Assembly (NCBI RefSeq): GCF_036321535.1
Contig: NC_087439.1
Coordinates: forward strand, 45,570,001 to 45,634,000
From: Camelus dromedarius
Taxonomy: Eukaryota
Length of the DNA: 64,000 bases
Direction of reading: 5' to 3'
This document shows positions 63,440 through 64,000 of the stretch, piece after piece. The position numbers and the translations under genes are program-made. Position 1 is the first letter of the stretch, and each line of letters begins with the position of its first letter. A model generated the notes under the pieces. That model ran no database searches, was not told the DNA's origin, and saw only the letters and a list, made by a program, of their open reading frames with translations.

Positions 63440-63990
63440 AGTGGTAGTGTTGTCTGCATTCCTTCTCTCCTGCTTCTGATCATGTCACCTTTTTCCTTTG
63501 GGAAATTGTCCCCCAACATGCACCCTTCATGTGGTTCTGATGAGGCTCTCAGGTGAATTATGCCAACTTCTGGGCAAAACTTTGGGTATGTGATCCAGGC
63601 CTGGTCACTGTGATTAGTCCAGGGTGGGAGAAATGTCTCAGGTTAGGCCCACCTGAGAGTTTATGTATGGCTACCGCCCACCCCCCAATCACATCCTCCT
63701 GCACTGTCACTCCCACCACCACCTCCACTAGGTAGAGAAAGGCTGCATGAAGTAAAAGAGAATGTGATCAATGCAGAGAGCTTAGGGATGGAGCAAAAAG
63801 GGGACAGCAAGCATATAAGAGACAGTAGGAGAAAGAAAATCCAGGTTCCATGATGTGAGCCCCCAGGAATACCTGAAGCCAGCTCATCCTTCCAGACTAT
63901 TTTGTCAAGTAAACCAGTGTTTCCTGTGCCAGGTAAACAAACTGGAAATGGTTTCTATCATTTGAGCTAACACATTATCTAATAGCAAAA
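63440..63990 (+). mobile_element. Old MLT1-type (J/K-like) LTR
   Basis: tgtgatccaggcctggtcactgtgattagtccagggtggg...atacctgaagccagc...gtttctatcatttg. Confidence 0.6.
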
Positions 63991-64000
63991 GGGAATTTTG

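Noticed and set aside
1-64000. CRISPR arrays, operons, prokaryotic or phage systems, named host gene
   Set aside because: The sequence is mammalian non-coding DNA; no spacer arrays or gene clusters; no exon I can assign to a known gene

Overview
Eutherian mammal genomic DNA, probably camelid (alpaca/llama/camel). That call rests on a tRNA-Ala(AGC)-derived SINE of the vic-1 type at 5076-5238 and cetartiodactyl-like L1 3' ends. The window looks intronic or intergenic: I could not identify any host protein-coding exon or name a gene. The ORF track is explained by chance ORFs, simple repeats, N-blocks and L1 ORF2 remnants. Much of the window is interspersed repeat: MIR, L2, old and young L1, MaLR/ERVL/ERV1 solo LTRs and hAT MITEs (MER5A, MER53, MER58, MER81), several of them nested. 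The best functional candidate is a short CpG/GC-box cluster with an adjacent NF-kB+ETS site at about 55440-55920. A MER53 copy carries a 20/21 match to mature miR-1302 as I recall it. The 11 N-runs behave like length-preserving masks rather than assembly gaps. Repeat family names come from recalled consensus sequences, not from a database search, and most repeat boundaries are approximate. I found no evidence for a novel biological system; the findings are modest leads.
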